A stretch of DNA of 22,077 nucleotides. Source: Candidatus Heimdallarchaeota archaeon. GTDB taxonomy: Archaea; Asgardarchaeota; Heimdallarchaeia; Heimdallarchaeales; Heimdallarchaeaceae. Below are positions 1 to 8,371 of the stretch, piece by piece. The notes beneath the pieces are model-generated. The model saw only the letters and a program-made list of their open reading frames with translations, had not been told where the DNA came from and searched no databases. The stretch lies in the NCBI GenBank assembly GCA_019057815.1, contig JAHLWR010000035.1, forward strand, positions 1-22,077, in the 5' to 3' direction. Each line of letters opens with the position of its first letter. Position 1 is the stretch's first letter. The position numbers and the translations under genes were made by a program.

Positions 1-793
1 TCGCTCTAGAGGAGGTGAGGTGGTAAGAAAAGTTCATGTTCAAGTACTGGTACAAGAATCCAAAAGGTCTTCCATTCAAGAGATTATTTGTATAGGAGTT
101 GTTTAACAGATTAGTTATCATATCATCAGTGATGTAAAATCCTGCATTATACAGAATATTATTTTCTATAATCGAGTTAGTTGCACGACCTATTCTAAGT
201 GCAGAACTGTTCCCGTAAAAAACATTATCCTTAACAATGTTATCAAATTCGGATATGCGTATAAGAGAACTTCCAGTTGTATAAATAATGTTATTTGTAA
301 AATTAACTCCACGTCTAAAATTAGATCCTTGAGTAAATCTGAGAGTATTATTGTGGATAGTCATATAGAAAGCGTTGGCACCACCGATTGATAATGCACC
401 CTCAACCGTGCAATAAATAATACTCGCTTTACCAGATGAGACACCAGAAATGTACACTCCATAAGTTCCACCCTTTAGGTTGGAATCTCTCAGTACATAA
501 TGAAAGGAAACTGAATCAAATTCAACTGCTAACGAGTCTGTTGTATCAACATTGAGGTTTTCAATAATAAAGGGATCATCAGAAGCACCTGTTCCTGAAG
601 AACTGTAAGAAGCTATATTAGTATCATTGATAACAATTCCAACAGTTGATGTAAGATTAACTTCTTGAACATGTCCATTTTCAGCTTCTAAAGTAGCAAG
701 ACTACCGCTTAATACTTGAAACATTAAAGCAAAAATAATAAAGAATGTTAGACAAATCTTTATTGATAGTTTAGTTATTTTAAGTTCATTCAT
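1..793 (-). CDS. Exported right-handed parallel beta-helix (NosD/pectin-lyase-like) surface protein, 3' end runs off the window
   Basis: Not in the ORF track; translated by hand. ATG at 791-793, frame open to the window edge: MNELKITKLSIKICLTFFIIFALMFQVLSG (signal-like)...GTGASDDPFIIENLNV...IHNNTL...FTNNII...VKDNVF...IENNIL...NNLLNGRPFGFLY. The cap motif matches GAGTLGDPYMIEDYNI of the 12498-14366 protein. Confidence 0.8.
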   Translation of the reverse strand, partial: MNELKITKLSIKICLTFFIIFALMFQVLSGSLATLEAENGHVQEVNLTSTVGIVINDTNIASYSSSGTGASDDPFIIENLNVDTTDSLAVEFDSVSFHYVLRDSNLKGGTYGVYISGVSSGKASIIYCTVEGALSIGGANAFYMTIHNNTLRFTQGSNFRRGVNFTNNIIYTTGSSLIRISEFDNIVKDNVFYGNSSALRIGRATNSIIENNILYNAGFYITDDMITNLLNNSYTNNLLNGRPFGFLYQYLNMNFSYHLTSSRA

Positions 794-971
794 TTTTACG
801 GGAAAACTAACGAAAACTTCTTTTTTAAACCTTATCTTACTTTCTGAATATGTTTGAATTAAATGCACAAGTGTGTGACTCTACTAATATTTTTCTCTTA
901 TCTTTTAAGCTCATTTCTTTACTATATTGGTGTAGTATATGGGAATTACACGAATAATCCATAAAGAATCT

Positions 972-990
972 AGAGAAAAAAGAAAGGAGG
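972..990 (-). terminator. Putative oligo-T/pyrimidine-tract terminator after the MNT-HEPN operon
   Basis: Minus strand reads CCTCCTTTCTTTTTTCTCT, about 65 bp after the HEPN stop codon. Confidence 0.35.
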
Positions 991-1053
991 GATTAATGTA
1001 GAAGACTTCTGCTTTTATATTCAAATTGGATGTAAAGTTCAAATTTATCTGAA

Positions 1054-1482
1054 TTACTTCTGACTCTCTATCCAAGAAAGTATTTTTCCTTTGAATTTTA
1101 AGAAATCAGAATCCAACATCTTTAAACTTGCATAAAGGAGTTCTAGATTAACTATTCCATATTGATGAACTAGCAAATTTCTCATTTTTATAATATTAAT
1201 GAAATTATTTGATTCCTCCTCTTCTATAACCCCAACATCTACTAATTTTTTCATGCAATCAGAATATGTAGAGGGAGGAGTTTCACTTGAATGAGCGATA
1301 ATATGAGTACAAATATCAAGCATTAATTGAGAGATAACTTCAAAAATCCTTTCAGATTGTAGTTGAATAGAAAAATCATTTAAAAATTCTTCCTCGGAAA
1401 TTTCAATAATTCTCTTGAGTCTTTCAATGTATTTCTTACTATAAGCTAGTTTTTCTTTAAGAAAATTAGAATTAACCACCAT
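1054..1482 (-). CDS. HEPN RNase toxin (DUF86/HepT-like) of an MNT-HEPN pair
   Basis: R-X4-H-X-Y motif RNLLVHQY; ERIFEVISQLMLDICTHII helix typical of DUF86; lies directly downstream of the MNT gene. Start is either ATG at 1482 (AGGT upstream) or TTG at 1491 overlapping the MNT stop. Confidence 0.88.
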   Translation of the reverse strand: MVVNSNFLKEKLAYSKKYIERLKRIIEISEEEFLNDFSIQLQSERIFEVISQLMLDICTHIIAHSSETPPSTYSDCMKKLVDVGVIEEEESNNFINIIKMRNLLVHQYGIVNLELLYASLKMLDSDFLKFKGKILSWIESQK

Positions 1483-1487
1483 AAAAT

Positions 1488-1928
1488 TCAACCTTCAACT
1501 GCCTGATTAAGATAGTTTTGATACCAGATATTGTGATCATAATAGTATTTTAAGAGATTTTCTAAGAATTTTATTCGTATATCATTAGATTCTTCATAGA
1601 GTAATATCCCGTCTTTAATCGCTTGAAATTGGACATGTAGAGGTACTCTCTCTAGAATAGTGATTTCGAGATTATCTAGCTTTGTAACCTCACTTGATTT
1701 TCTGGAAAAATCACTAAACAGACTTAATAGTTTTTTAGGGGTTTTTGTATTAAGAGAAGGTAGAGAAACAAAGATATCTACATCACTCAGAACACTTTGA
1801 TGACCTTTAACCCATGAACCACTAAAATAAGCAAAAGATACTTTATAATCCTTAAATAGTGGAGATAACTTATCCTTCAAAGTTTCAACTAACTTTGAGA
1901 AAACTTCCTCTTGGTTAGATTTAGTCAT
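1488..1928 (-). CDS. Minimal nucleotidyltransferase antitoxin (MntA-like adenylyltransferase)
   Basis: Pol-beta motif AYFSGSWVKGHQSVLSDVDIFV (GS-X10-DXD); C-terminal LERVPLHVQFQAIKDGILLYE pattern; 146 aa; upstream of the HEPN gene. Confidence 0.88.
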   Translation of the reverse strand: MTKSNQEEVFSKLVETLKDKLSPLFKDYKVSFAYFSGSWVKGHQSVLSDVDIFVSLPSLNTKTPKKLLSLFSDFSRKSSEVTKLDNLEITILERVPLHVQFQAIKDGILLYEESNDIRIKFLENLLKYYYDHNIWYQNYLNQAVEG

Positions 1929-2038
1929 GTTCTCAAGAGAATGTAGATATAATCATACATAATAGTTTCTATTAGTTTTACAAATAAAATAAGAGAAGAA
2001 AATCAACCTCCAACTGAGTAAAAGAATTATTTAATTAT

Positions 2039-2977
2039 TTATTTATTTGTAAGTTTTAGCTCTGTAAGGTTTTTTGCTAAAGTTTCTATGATAAGAAGAT
2101 TTTCAAGTTTTGCTTTCCATTTAACTGGGATTTTTTCTATCCCCAAATAACTCCCTAATAAACCTCCAACCATTGCACCTATGGTATCCTTATCCTCTGC
2201 TACAAGAACAGTTTGCAGTAAACATTCTCCAAAATCATGAGGATTTTCAAGAAAAGCAAGAATTGCGAAAGGTACTGAATCTTGGGCAGTAATATTTGAG
2301 CCAAGGATATTCTCTGATATCTCTAAATCTTCTTTCTGTAAAATTAAACCCTTAACTTTTTTTAATTGTAAACTAAGTTTCTTTGTCTTTGCAAAGCTTT
2401 GTAGACTATCAATAAAACTGCTCAAATTGTCTCTAATATCATAATATTGAGAATCTTTTGCAGTTACTAGACTTATTGCTTTCGCTAGTACAGCTGCACC
2501 ATCTATACCTAAAGGATGTGTATGAGTTACTATTGATGATAATCTAGCTTCTTCGTATAAAGTAGTGGAATCGTGAAAAAAAAGCCCAAGAGGAGTGATT
2601 CTCATTGCTGCACCATTACCAAAAGAACCTTCACCATCAAAGAGTATCTCAGCGATTTCGACATAAGAGACATCGTTTCTTTCAACCATTGAAAAAATAG
2701 TTGGAGGGCCCATAGCATATCCCCTGTCAGGCTCTTTATTGTAATTTTCATGAAAAGTTTTTCCTAGCTGCTGACTAACGATTTTTCCTTGATTTTTAAG
2801 AATAGATTCAGCTAGTCCAATAGCCATTGCAGTGTCATCAGTATAAGTTAGGGTAGGTAAGTGATCTATTGCTTTTAATGATGATTCCTTGTTAGAATGA
2901 AAGAAAGCTAATTGACCTATACAATCCCCTAATGCGCTACCTATCATTCCACCTAAATATTTTGATTCCAGATCCAT
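2039..2977 (-). CDS. ADP-ribosylglycohydrolase family protein (DraG/ARH-like)
   Basis: Motifs GSALGDCIG, YTDDTAM, GNGAAMRITP, THTHP, DKDTIGAMVGGLLG; 312 aa. Confidence 0.92.
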   Translation of the reverse strand: MDLESKYLGGMIGSALGDCIGQLAFFHSNKESSLKAIDHLPTLTYTDDTAMAIGLAESILKNQGKIVSQQLGKTFHENYNKEPDRGYAMGPPTIFSMVERNDVSYVEIAEILFDGEGSFGNGAAMRITPLGLFFHDSTTLYEEARLSSIVTHTHPLGIDGAAVLAKAISLVTAKDSQYYDIRDNLSSFIDSLQSFAKTKKLSLQLKKVKGLILQKEDLEISENILGSNITAQDSVPFAILAFLENPHDFGECLLQTVLVAEDKDTIGAMVGGLLGSYLGIEKIPVKWKAKLENLLIIETLAKNLTELKLTNK

Positions 2978-3038
2978 CTGCTCGAAAATAATATTCCAAA
3001 GATAAAAATGTTATCAGAACTAAGATGTTTAGCTGTAA
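2775..3038. repeat. Direct repeat copy 1 (5' end of the ARH gene plus promoter), about 264 bp
   Basis: Aligns without gaps to 4015-4278 at a constant offset of 1240 bp, from CTAACGATTTTTCCTT to TAAGATGTTTARCTGTAA. Confidence 0.9.
2997..3038 (-). promoter_or_regulatory. Putative promoter of the ARH gene (TATA-like TTTTTATC inside a GATAA-N5-TTATC inverted repeat)
   Basis: 42-bp block with only two mismatches to 4237-4278, whereas the spacer to the ATG has diverged; the T-tract is about 24 bp upstream of the ATG (leaderless geometry). Confidence 0.55.
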
Positions 3039-3089
3039 TAAAAAAATAAGCACGCCTTAAGACACTGTCTCGTATCTCTCCTCTTTTAT

Positions 3090-3425
3090 TTATTTTTCTT
3101 TTTCTTTCGACTGGGTTATTTTCACTAGTTTCTTAACTATTTCTTCTGTATAATTATCAACATATTTTGGTATTGGTGGCTCTATCTCCAATTCTGCTAT
3201 TTTATCAATTAAGGCTCTTGGAGTGAGATTTGTGAATTTTATTATGTTTTTCAAGCCTATTTCTCCTTTTTTATACTCTTCTAACAATATTGGTAAGATT
3301 TTCTCTGTAAATCCTTCTTTCAAAAATTCTTCAGCTATTTTAGATTTTGATACTTTTCTTTTAGAAGAAAGATATTCTAATGTTTCATCGAGTTCTTTAT
3401 CGATTCTTATATTAATCTGTGCCAT
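3090..3425 (-). CDS. Putative antitoxin: N-terminal ribbon-helix-helix plus UPF0175-like region
   Basis: MAQINIRIDKELDETLEYLSSKRKVSKSKIAEEFLKEG fits RHH/CopG; LEEYKKGEIGLKNIIKFTNLT resembles the UPF0175 Y..G.IS...AA pattern; adjacent to a PIN gene. Confidence 0.65.
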   Translation of the reverse strand: MAQINIRIDKELDETLEYLSSKRKVSKSKIAEEFLKEGFTEKILPILLEEYKKGEIGLKNIIKFTNLTPRALIDKIAELEIEPPIPKYVDNYTEEIVKKLVKITQSKEKEK

Positions 3426-3435
3426 TTCTCTTCAC

Positions 3436-3481
3436 TATCAATTGTAGCAACAAGTATATAAACAAATTGATACACTTGCTA
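3436..3481. promoter_or_regulatory. Bidirectional promoter/operator between the antitoxin and PIN genes
   Basis: Central TATATAAA (3455-3462), about 30 bp from the minus-strand ATG and about 24 bp from the plus-strand ATG; inverted repeats TATCAATT(3436-3443)/AATTGATA(3465-3472) and TAGCAA(3445-3450)/TTGCTA(3476-3481). Confidence 0.55.
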
Positions 3482-3485
3482 GATA

Positions 3486-3977
3486 ATGGATTTACTAATT
3501 GATACCTGCTCGTGGATCAAATTTGACTATCTACAAGATAAGAATATTGTTAATACTGATATTTTGTACCAATATGCTGATGTTGCGGTTACTCACGAAG
3601 TATTAGCTGAAATCAAATATTTTAAAGTTTCATCAGTTAAAATAGAAAAAACAAAAATACTTCCAATAAAAAATAATGAAATATATATTTCTGCAATGAA
3701 ATTAATGTTTGATCGAGCTGATGCAAGTATTTTAAGTAATGGCAGTAGAGATCCTTCAACCTTGATAGTTAGTGAAGATAGAGCATTATTAACATATGCA
3801 ACAATTCATCGTTTCACATGTGTTCAGCTCATTGACTTATTTCGGATTTTTACGGAGACAAACCTCATTTCTAGAAATAAATTGTTGAAACTATCAAACA
3901 TTTTTCGAAATTTAAGAAATATAACCAAAAGGAAAGAAAAATCTATTAAAGAATGGTTACAGGAATCAAATCCTTAA
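3486..3977 (+). CDS. PIN-domain (VapC/DUF3368-like) ribonuclease
   Basis: Acidic PIN motifs LLIDTCSWI, VTHEVLAEI, DRADASIL, LIVSEDRAL; 163 aa. Confidence 0.78.
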   Translation: MDLLIDTCSWIKFDYLQDKNIVNTDILYQYADVAVTHEVLAEIKYFKVSSVKIEKTKILPIKNNEIYISAMKLMFDRADASILSNGSRDPSTLIVSEDRALLTYATIHRFTCVQLIDLFRIFTETNLISRNKLLKLSNIFRNLRNITKRKEKSIKEWLQESNP

Positions 3978-4014
3978 TTTTCAAGACAGTTGTTTGTTTT
4001 AATTCTTGAAGTTC

Positions 4015-4217
4015 CTAACGATTTTTCCTTAGTTACGAATAATAGATTCAGCTAGTCCAATTGCCATTGCTGTATCATCTGTATAAGTCAGAGTATGTAA
4101 TTGATCTATGCTTTTTAATAATGATTCCTCGCTAGAATGAAAGAAAGCTAATTGACCTATACAATCACCTAATGCGCTGCCTATCATTCCTCCTAGATAC
4201 TTTGATTCCAAATCCAT
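4015..4217 (-). pseudogene. Truncated 5' fragment of the ADP-ribosylglycohydrolase gene
   Basis: Same N-terminus as 2039-2977 for 62 aa; CAA(Gln)->TAA at 4029-4031; homology continues for about five codons (GKIV) and is lost at about 4015. Confidence 0.88.
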
Positions 4218-4278
4218 CTATTCATCTGTATTGCTTCAAAGATAAAAATGTTATCAAAACTAAGATGTTTAACTGTAA
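4015..4278. repeat. Direct repeat copy 2 (ARH 5' fragment plus promoter)
   Basis: Counterpart of 2775-3038, offset 1240 bp. Confidence 0.9.
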
Positions 4279-4312
4279 CAACCTTGCAAATCCTTGTGAT
4301 TCAGACATATTT

Positions 4313-4338
4313 GGAAAGGAAAAAGAAAAAAGAGAAAA
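4313..4338 (-). terminator. Putative oligo-T terminator
   Basis: Minus strand TTTTCTCTTTTTTCTTTTTCCTTTCC, about 27 bp after the stop at 4365. Confidence 0.5.
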
Positions 4339-4364
4339 GTGAATAATATTGTAAAAGCTGTTTT

Positions 4365-5600
4365 TCATCTCTTTTTTCTAACATATCTCTTTGAGTAAAT
4401 AACGAAGAATACCGTTATTAATCCGACAATCATAAAAATAGTATTAAATGAAGTATCTGTCGTAGATTCTTCAATTACTGGATAGTCATTCGAATCTAGA
4501 GGATCTGTTCCTTTTTCAACTTCATCACCATCTGAATATCCGTCACCATCGGTGTCATTATTGTTAGGATTAGTGTCATTTGTATATTCATCTAAGTTTG
4601 ATAAGGAATCACCATCGGGGTCTTCAAAAGCATCATCAATAAGAGGATTAAGATTATTATCCACTTCCCAGCCATCTGGCATCAAATCACCATCTGAATC
4701 ACTGTTGTTTGGATTAGTTCCAGCTTTAACCTCTTCATTATCTAAAAGACCATCATCGTCAGTATCGTTATCCTGAGGGTCAGTATTGTGAGTATATTCT
4801 TCAAGGTTGGTTAAGCCATCACTATCAGGATCTAAAGAAGCATCATTAACAATAGGATTGAGGTCATTGTCCACTTCCCAGCCATCCGGCATCAAATCGT
4901 TGTCAGTATCGTTATCATGAGGATTAGTACCATAATTATATTCTTCGACATTAGTAAGTCCATCGCTGTCAGTGTCTAATACTGAATCAGAAGAATCATC
5001 TGCAAGGAAACCATTTTCATACTCCCATAGATTAGGCATCCCATCAGTGTCGTAATCTAAATAGGCATCATTAAGTGTAGCATTTAAACCATTTTGCACT
5101 TCCCAGCCATCTGGCATCCCATCAGCGTCAGAATCAGCATTAATAGGATTAGTATTATAGTTATTAACCTCATCACCGTCTGTTAAACCATCTGCGTCAG
5201 TGTCAGGGTTATTAGGATCTGTGAAAGTAATCAAAACCTCATCACCGTCTGTTAAGCCATCATCGTCAGTGTCTGGATTATTAGGATCTGTGTGATAAAT
5301 ATATATCTCTTCATAATCATCTAAATTATCTAAATCATTATCAGATTTTTGAGGATAAAGATCAAATGTATTTGTTTCACCATCAATTTCATAATTACCT
5401 ATTCCGTTCCAATCTGACCAGTAATTACCTTCAAAAGACACTGAATCATACCAGATATTTGAAGAGCCATTATCAATTACTTGGGATGTCCCATTCAAGT
5501 TGTTTTGAAGGAATATATTGTGGTGTATTTTGTGGTCGTTTGAGGATGCATCTAAAGATATAGAATATTGATTATTCCATAAGAAGAGATTATTTTCTAT
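4365..5600 (-). pseudogene. 5'-truncated surface protein: last beta-helix coils, Ca-binding DxDxDG (thrombospondin type 3-like) repeats, C-terminal TM and basic tail
   Basis: The frame stays open upstream of the called TTG (5498) as [40 protein letters not shown], which aligns with the late part of the 12498-14366 protein. In-frame stop at 5625-5627, with no ATG or signal peptide. Many D(T/S)DxDG(L/M)xD(G) repeats; ends [23 protein letters not shown]. The retained ORF is uninterrupted, so it could still be expressed from the TTG. Confidence 0.65.
5166..5292. repeat. Intragenic tandem duplication with 69-bp period (23-aa [19 protein letters not shown] unit)
   Basis: AACCTCATCACCGTCTGTTAA...TTATTAGGATCTGTG occurs at 5166-5223 and 5235-5292 with few substitutions. 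Confidence 0.85.
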
Positions 5601-5674
5601 CGGTTGAAATGATGAAAGACATGATTATCGAGATCTTTTAAATTTCTAACACAGTCTATTTCCTTAGTAACTGA

Positions 5675-6769
5675 TTAAGTTAATATGTACGGTAATCTAT
5701 TTTGTTGTATTGCATGTTTTATTTCCATACTTACTCTTTTCCCTGCTGATACTGGCTCACCCCAATAAACTGCTGAGTATTGACTTCCTGTACCCATGAA
5801 ACTATTCGTTCCTCCTCCCATTCTCATCGATACGTCAAAAACTACAAATTCGTAATCTTTTGTTATCATTGTCTGAAGAGCGAATGGGCCTATTATTCCC
5901 GGAGGATAGAACTGCCTTGTAGAATCTACGAATCTATCAGCCATTGGATAAACGTATCTCAACATACTTTCTCTTAATGTTACAGCGTAATTTCCTATCT
6001 CTTTCATCTCTTCTTCCATTTCCAGTTTCAGCTGTTGATATGCTGGAAGCCTTACTATACCGTCAAGATTTGTTACAAATCTTCTGTCAATCCCCATGAG
6101 TTCTACTCTTTGATACATCGGTGAATAAAAGAAGTTAAAGTTGAAAGGCACCCCTGTTACCAATTCTTCTATTGATGCTAGCGAAAAATCTTCTTCTCTA
6201 ATTGTTCCACTTTCAATTCTTTTGTCCAGTTCTTCTTTGAAGTTTTCTTGGTCTTTAGCTACAAAGAATCCTCTCTCTACTTTTTGTTTCGCATGAGGCA
6301 TTTTACATATTACTGGTCTGTCAACTTCCGCTATAGTGTCGAAAACCTTCGGATAACGAATTGAAGCTTGTTCTAGAATTTTGTAATAAGTGTGCAGTCC
6401 TACTCTTTCTTCCGTTTTTAGCAGATTACGGCTACCAAACAGAGGAATCATGAACTCATTTTCTATTCTTTCTACCCCTGAATACACTGCAAAAGATCTA
6501 TTAGGAATGAATATAGTGTTTTTCTCTCTTAATTCTTCTTGAACATTGAATATATCAGAATAATTCTCCAGCACTATGCTTTCATCGATAATTCTAGACA
6601 TTCGTGAATAAGGCTCTTCTCTTCCTTCTTGAAGTATAACTATGGTTTGGAAACCCATTCTTTTAGCACCATCAAGAACATCTAGAGCTGAATGTGACCC
6701 AAGAACACCAATGGTTATATTATCATAATCATACCCTTCTAGTAATTTACTTATGATTTCAATTGACAT
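5675..6769 (-). CDS. purP: PurP-family formate-dependent FAICAR synthetase (ATP-grasp, DUF1246/DUF1297)
   Basis: Motifs IGVLGSHSALDVLDGAKRMGF, FIPNRSF, ERGFF, IIGPFALQT, RMGGGTNSFM. The likely start is the ATG at 6769 (MSIEII), about 28 bp after a TATA-like box; the longer TTG start at 6826 overlaps the promoter. Confidence 0.88.
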   Translation of the reverse strand: MSIEIISKLLEGYDYDNITIGVLGSHSALDVLDGAKRMGFQTIVILQEGREEPYSRMSRIIDESIVLENYSDIFNVQEELREKNTIFIPNRSFAVYSGVERIENEFMIPLFGSRNLLKTEERVGLHTYYKILEQASIRYPKVFDTIAEVDRPVICKMPHAKQKVERGFFVAKDQENFKEELDKRIESGTIREEDFSLASIEELVTGVPFNFNFFYSPMYQRVELMGIDRRFVTNLDGIVRLPAYQQLKLEMEEEMKEIGNYAVTLRESMLRYVYPMADRFVDSTRQFYPPGIIGPFALQTMITKDYEFVVFDVSMRMGGGTNSFMGTGSQYSAVYWGEPVSAGKRVSMEIKHAIQQNRLPYILT

Positions 6770-6790
6770 TTGCTTATAAAACGAAGTGGC

Positions 6791-6806
6791 GAACACTAAT
6801 AAAAGT
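6791..6806 (-). promoter_or_regulatory. TATA-like promoter of purP (TTTTATTAGTGTTC)
   Basis: Correct spacing for a leaderless transcript; the 12-mer is identical to 17817-17828. Confidence 0.5.
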
Positions 6807-7011
6807 AGTTCTATTTTAATGCGCAACTAAATTTTTATATTTTCCTTTTATGATTTCCTTCTACCACCTTACACCTTAAGGAGGAAAACAGTCACAAAGA
6901 GTGAACTTCGCAATAATGACCCTTTAAGCAAAATACTCAACCCTCCCATCCTAATAGCCAAGGGGATAGATACTCATCAGAATAATTTGTAGATATACTT
7001 TTGCTTCAACT

Positions 7012-8358
7012 TTAATCCTTGGAGTATATCAGTGAGGTAACAATAATTCTTCTAAGAACTTCAAGATTCATAATAACTCCTAAAATAAACAATGTCCAGA
7101 ATATTTGATTGAACAATGAACCTAATAAAATTATAAATATTCGTAAATCACGTCTAACTAAAAATTGAAAGAAACCTGTTTGTTTGTTAACGAATTCTTC
7201 GAATTTTGTTGAGGAATAGCTATTCAGAAAACTTCCAATAAGAGCAAAAAAACCTACAATCCATCCCCAATAATTTTCTGTTCTAAACCACAAACCCAAG
7301 GAAAGACCGAAAATAAAGAAACCATCTGCATATCTGTCAAGGATAGAGTCTAACCATCCACCAAATGTTGATGATTGAAATTTTAGTCTTGCTACTTCTC
7401 CATCACATCCGTCTAGTATTGAAGTTATTTGAGCTAGTATCCCTCCAATAATAAGTGCCCAATATGCTGGAAAAGATAGAAAAACTGATGCCAATATAGC
7501 TACTGCAAAACAAAAGAAGGAGATCATATTAGGTGAAATAGATGTTTTAACCAATAATTTTGATATTTGAATAGATATCGGCCTATTAATGAACCTAGAA
7601 ATAACACCATCTGTAGTTTTCTTAAGCTGTTGACACAACATTTTTCTAGAATTCTTTAAATCTTCTTTAGTATTAATGTTTATCCACCATGTGTCAATAT
7701 CCTCACTCATTGCAGAATCATAGCTATCAGCTGTTGAAACATCGAAAATTCCAACATGTCCCTTTTCACTGCCTACAGCAATAGCTTCAGCTAATTCTGT
7801 TTTATTTTCTTTAATAGCTTCCTCAATGAAAGCAAATATTTTTGGTGTACACCGAAAAATACCAGTATCGATACAATTTGAGTTTTCAAGTTCCTTTCCT
7901 ATTTCGATAATTTGTCCGTTCTTTTCGAGTACTTTTGTATCTGTCTTTAAAGGCTCTCTTCTGTCTATACCTATTACAATGTCGTTACTCGATTCATAAT
8001 TAATAATCCCTTCCAGTATTCGATAATCAAGAATATGATCACTCATTAAAAGTATGAAGGTTTCTTGTAAATATTTTCGAGCTTTAAAAACTGAGATCCC
8101 ATTTCCTTTTTCCCAATCATCATTCTCAACATAAACTATCTTTATTCCATATTTCCTTCCATCTCCCAACTCCTCTTTTATTTGCTCTCCAAGAAAACCA
8201 ACAACTATAATGAATTCATTAATACCAGCTTCTTTTGCTGTTAAAATCACTCTTTCAATCAAAGGAACCCCTAAAAGACGAATTAGTGGTTTAGGTTTTG
8301 CATGAGTCAAATTGGGTAATCTAGAACCTTGACCTGCTGCAATTATCAGAGCTTTCGT
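7012..8358 (-). CDS. Bifunctional NTP-transferase / CDP-alcohol phosphotransferase (IPCT/DIPPS-like), apparent ACG start
   Basis: Extending upstream of the called TTG (8310) gives (ACG)KALIIAAGQGSRLPNLTHAKPKPL, the canonical nucleotidyltransferase N-terminus. LLMSDH; DGVISRFINRPIS; CDP-alcohol motif DGCDGEVAR...GGWLDSILDRYAD; multi-TM C-terminal half. Confidence 0.88.
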   Translation of the reverse strand, partial: TKALIIAAGQGSRLPNLTHAKPKPLIRLLGVPLIERVILTAKEAGINEFIIVVGFLGEQIKEELGDGRKYGIKIVYVENDDWEKGNGISVFKARKYLQETFILLMSDHILDYRILEGIINYESSNDIVIGIDRREPLKTDTKVLEKNGQIIEIGKELENSNCIDTGIFRCTPKIFAFIEEAIKENKTELAEAIAVGSEKGHVGIFDVSTADSYDSAMSEDIDTWWININTKEDLKNSRKMLCQQLKKTTDGVISRFINRPISIQISKLLVKTSISPNMISFFCFAVAILASVFLSFPAYWALIIGGILAQITSILDGCDGEVARLKFQSSTFGGWLDSILDRYADGFFIFGLSLGLWFRTENYWGWIVGFFALIGSFLNSYSSTKFEEFVNKQTGFFQFLVRRDLRIFIILLGSLFNQIFWTLFILGVIMNLEVLRRIIVTSLIYSKD

Positions 8359-8365
8359 CCTAAAA

Positions 8366-8371
8366 CCACCT
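8366..8371 (-). promoter_or_regulatory. Shine-Dalgarno AGGTGG, 7 nt upstream of the ACG
   Basis: Minus strand TTAGGTGG-TTTTAGG-ACG-AAA. Confidence 0.65.

Noticed and set aside
3059-3990. 7-bp inverted repeat ACTGTCT/AGACAGT flanking the PIN-antitoxin pair as transposon ends
   Set aside because: Too short to exceed chance; no transposase or target-site duplication.
3030-4360. Integron attC sites around the TA cassette
   Set aside because: One GTTAAAC on the minus strand near 4270, but no matching RYYYAAC or hairpin and no integrase.
1-5600. The 1-793 ORF and the 4365-5600 ORF as two halves of one split gene
   Set aside because: The order on the minus strand is wrong (C-half upstream), and the first ORF is cut only by the window edge.
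6770-6826. Signal-peptide-like N-terminal extension on PurP
   Set aside because: It arises from an upstream TTG running through the TATA box; PurP is cytoplasmic and the ATG at 6769 fits the family start.
6830-7010. Possible ncRNA or MITE in the purP-IPCT intergenic region (short matches such as ACTTCGCAATAA to the right window end)
   Set aside because: No convincing stem structure or terminal repeats; the matches are short and gapped.
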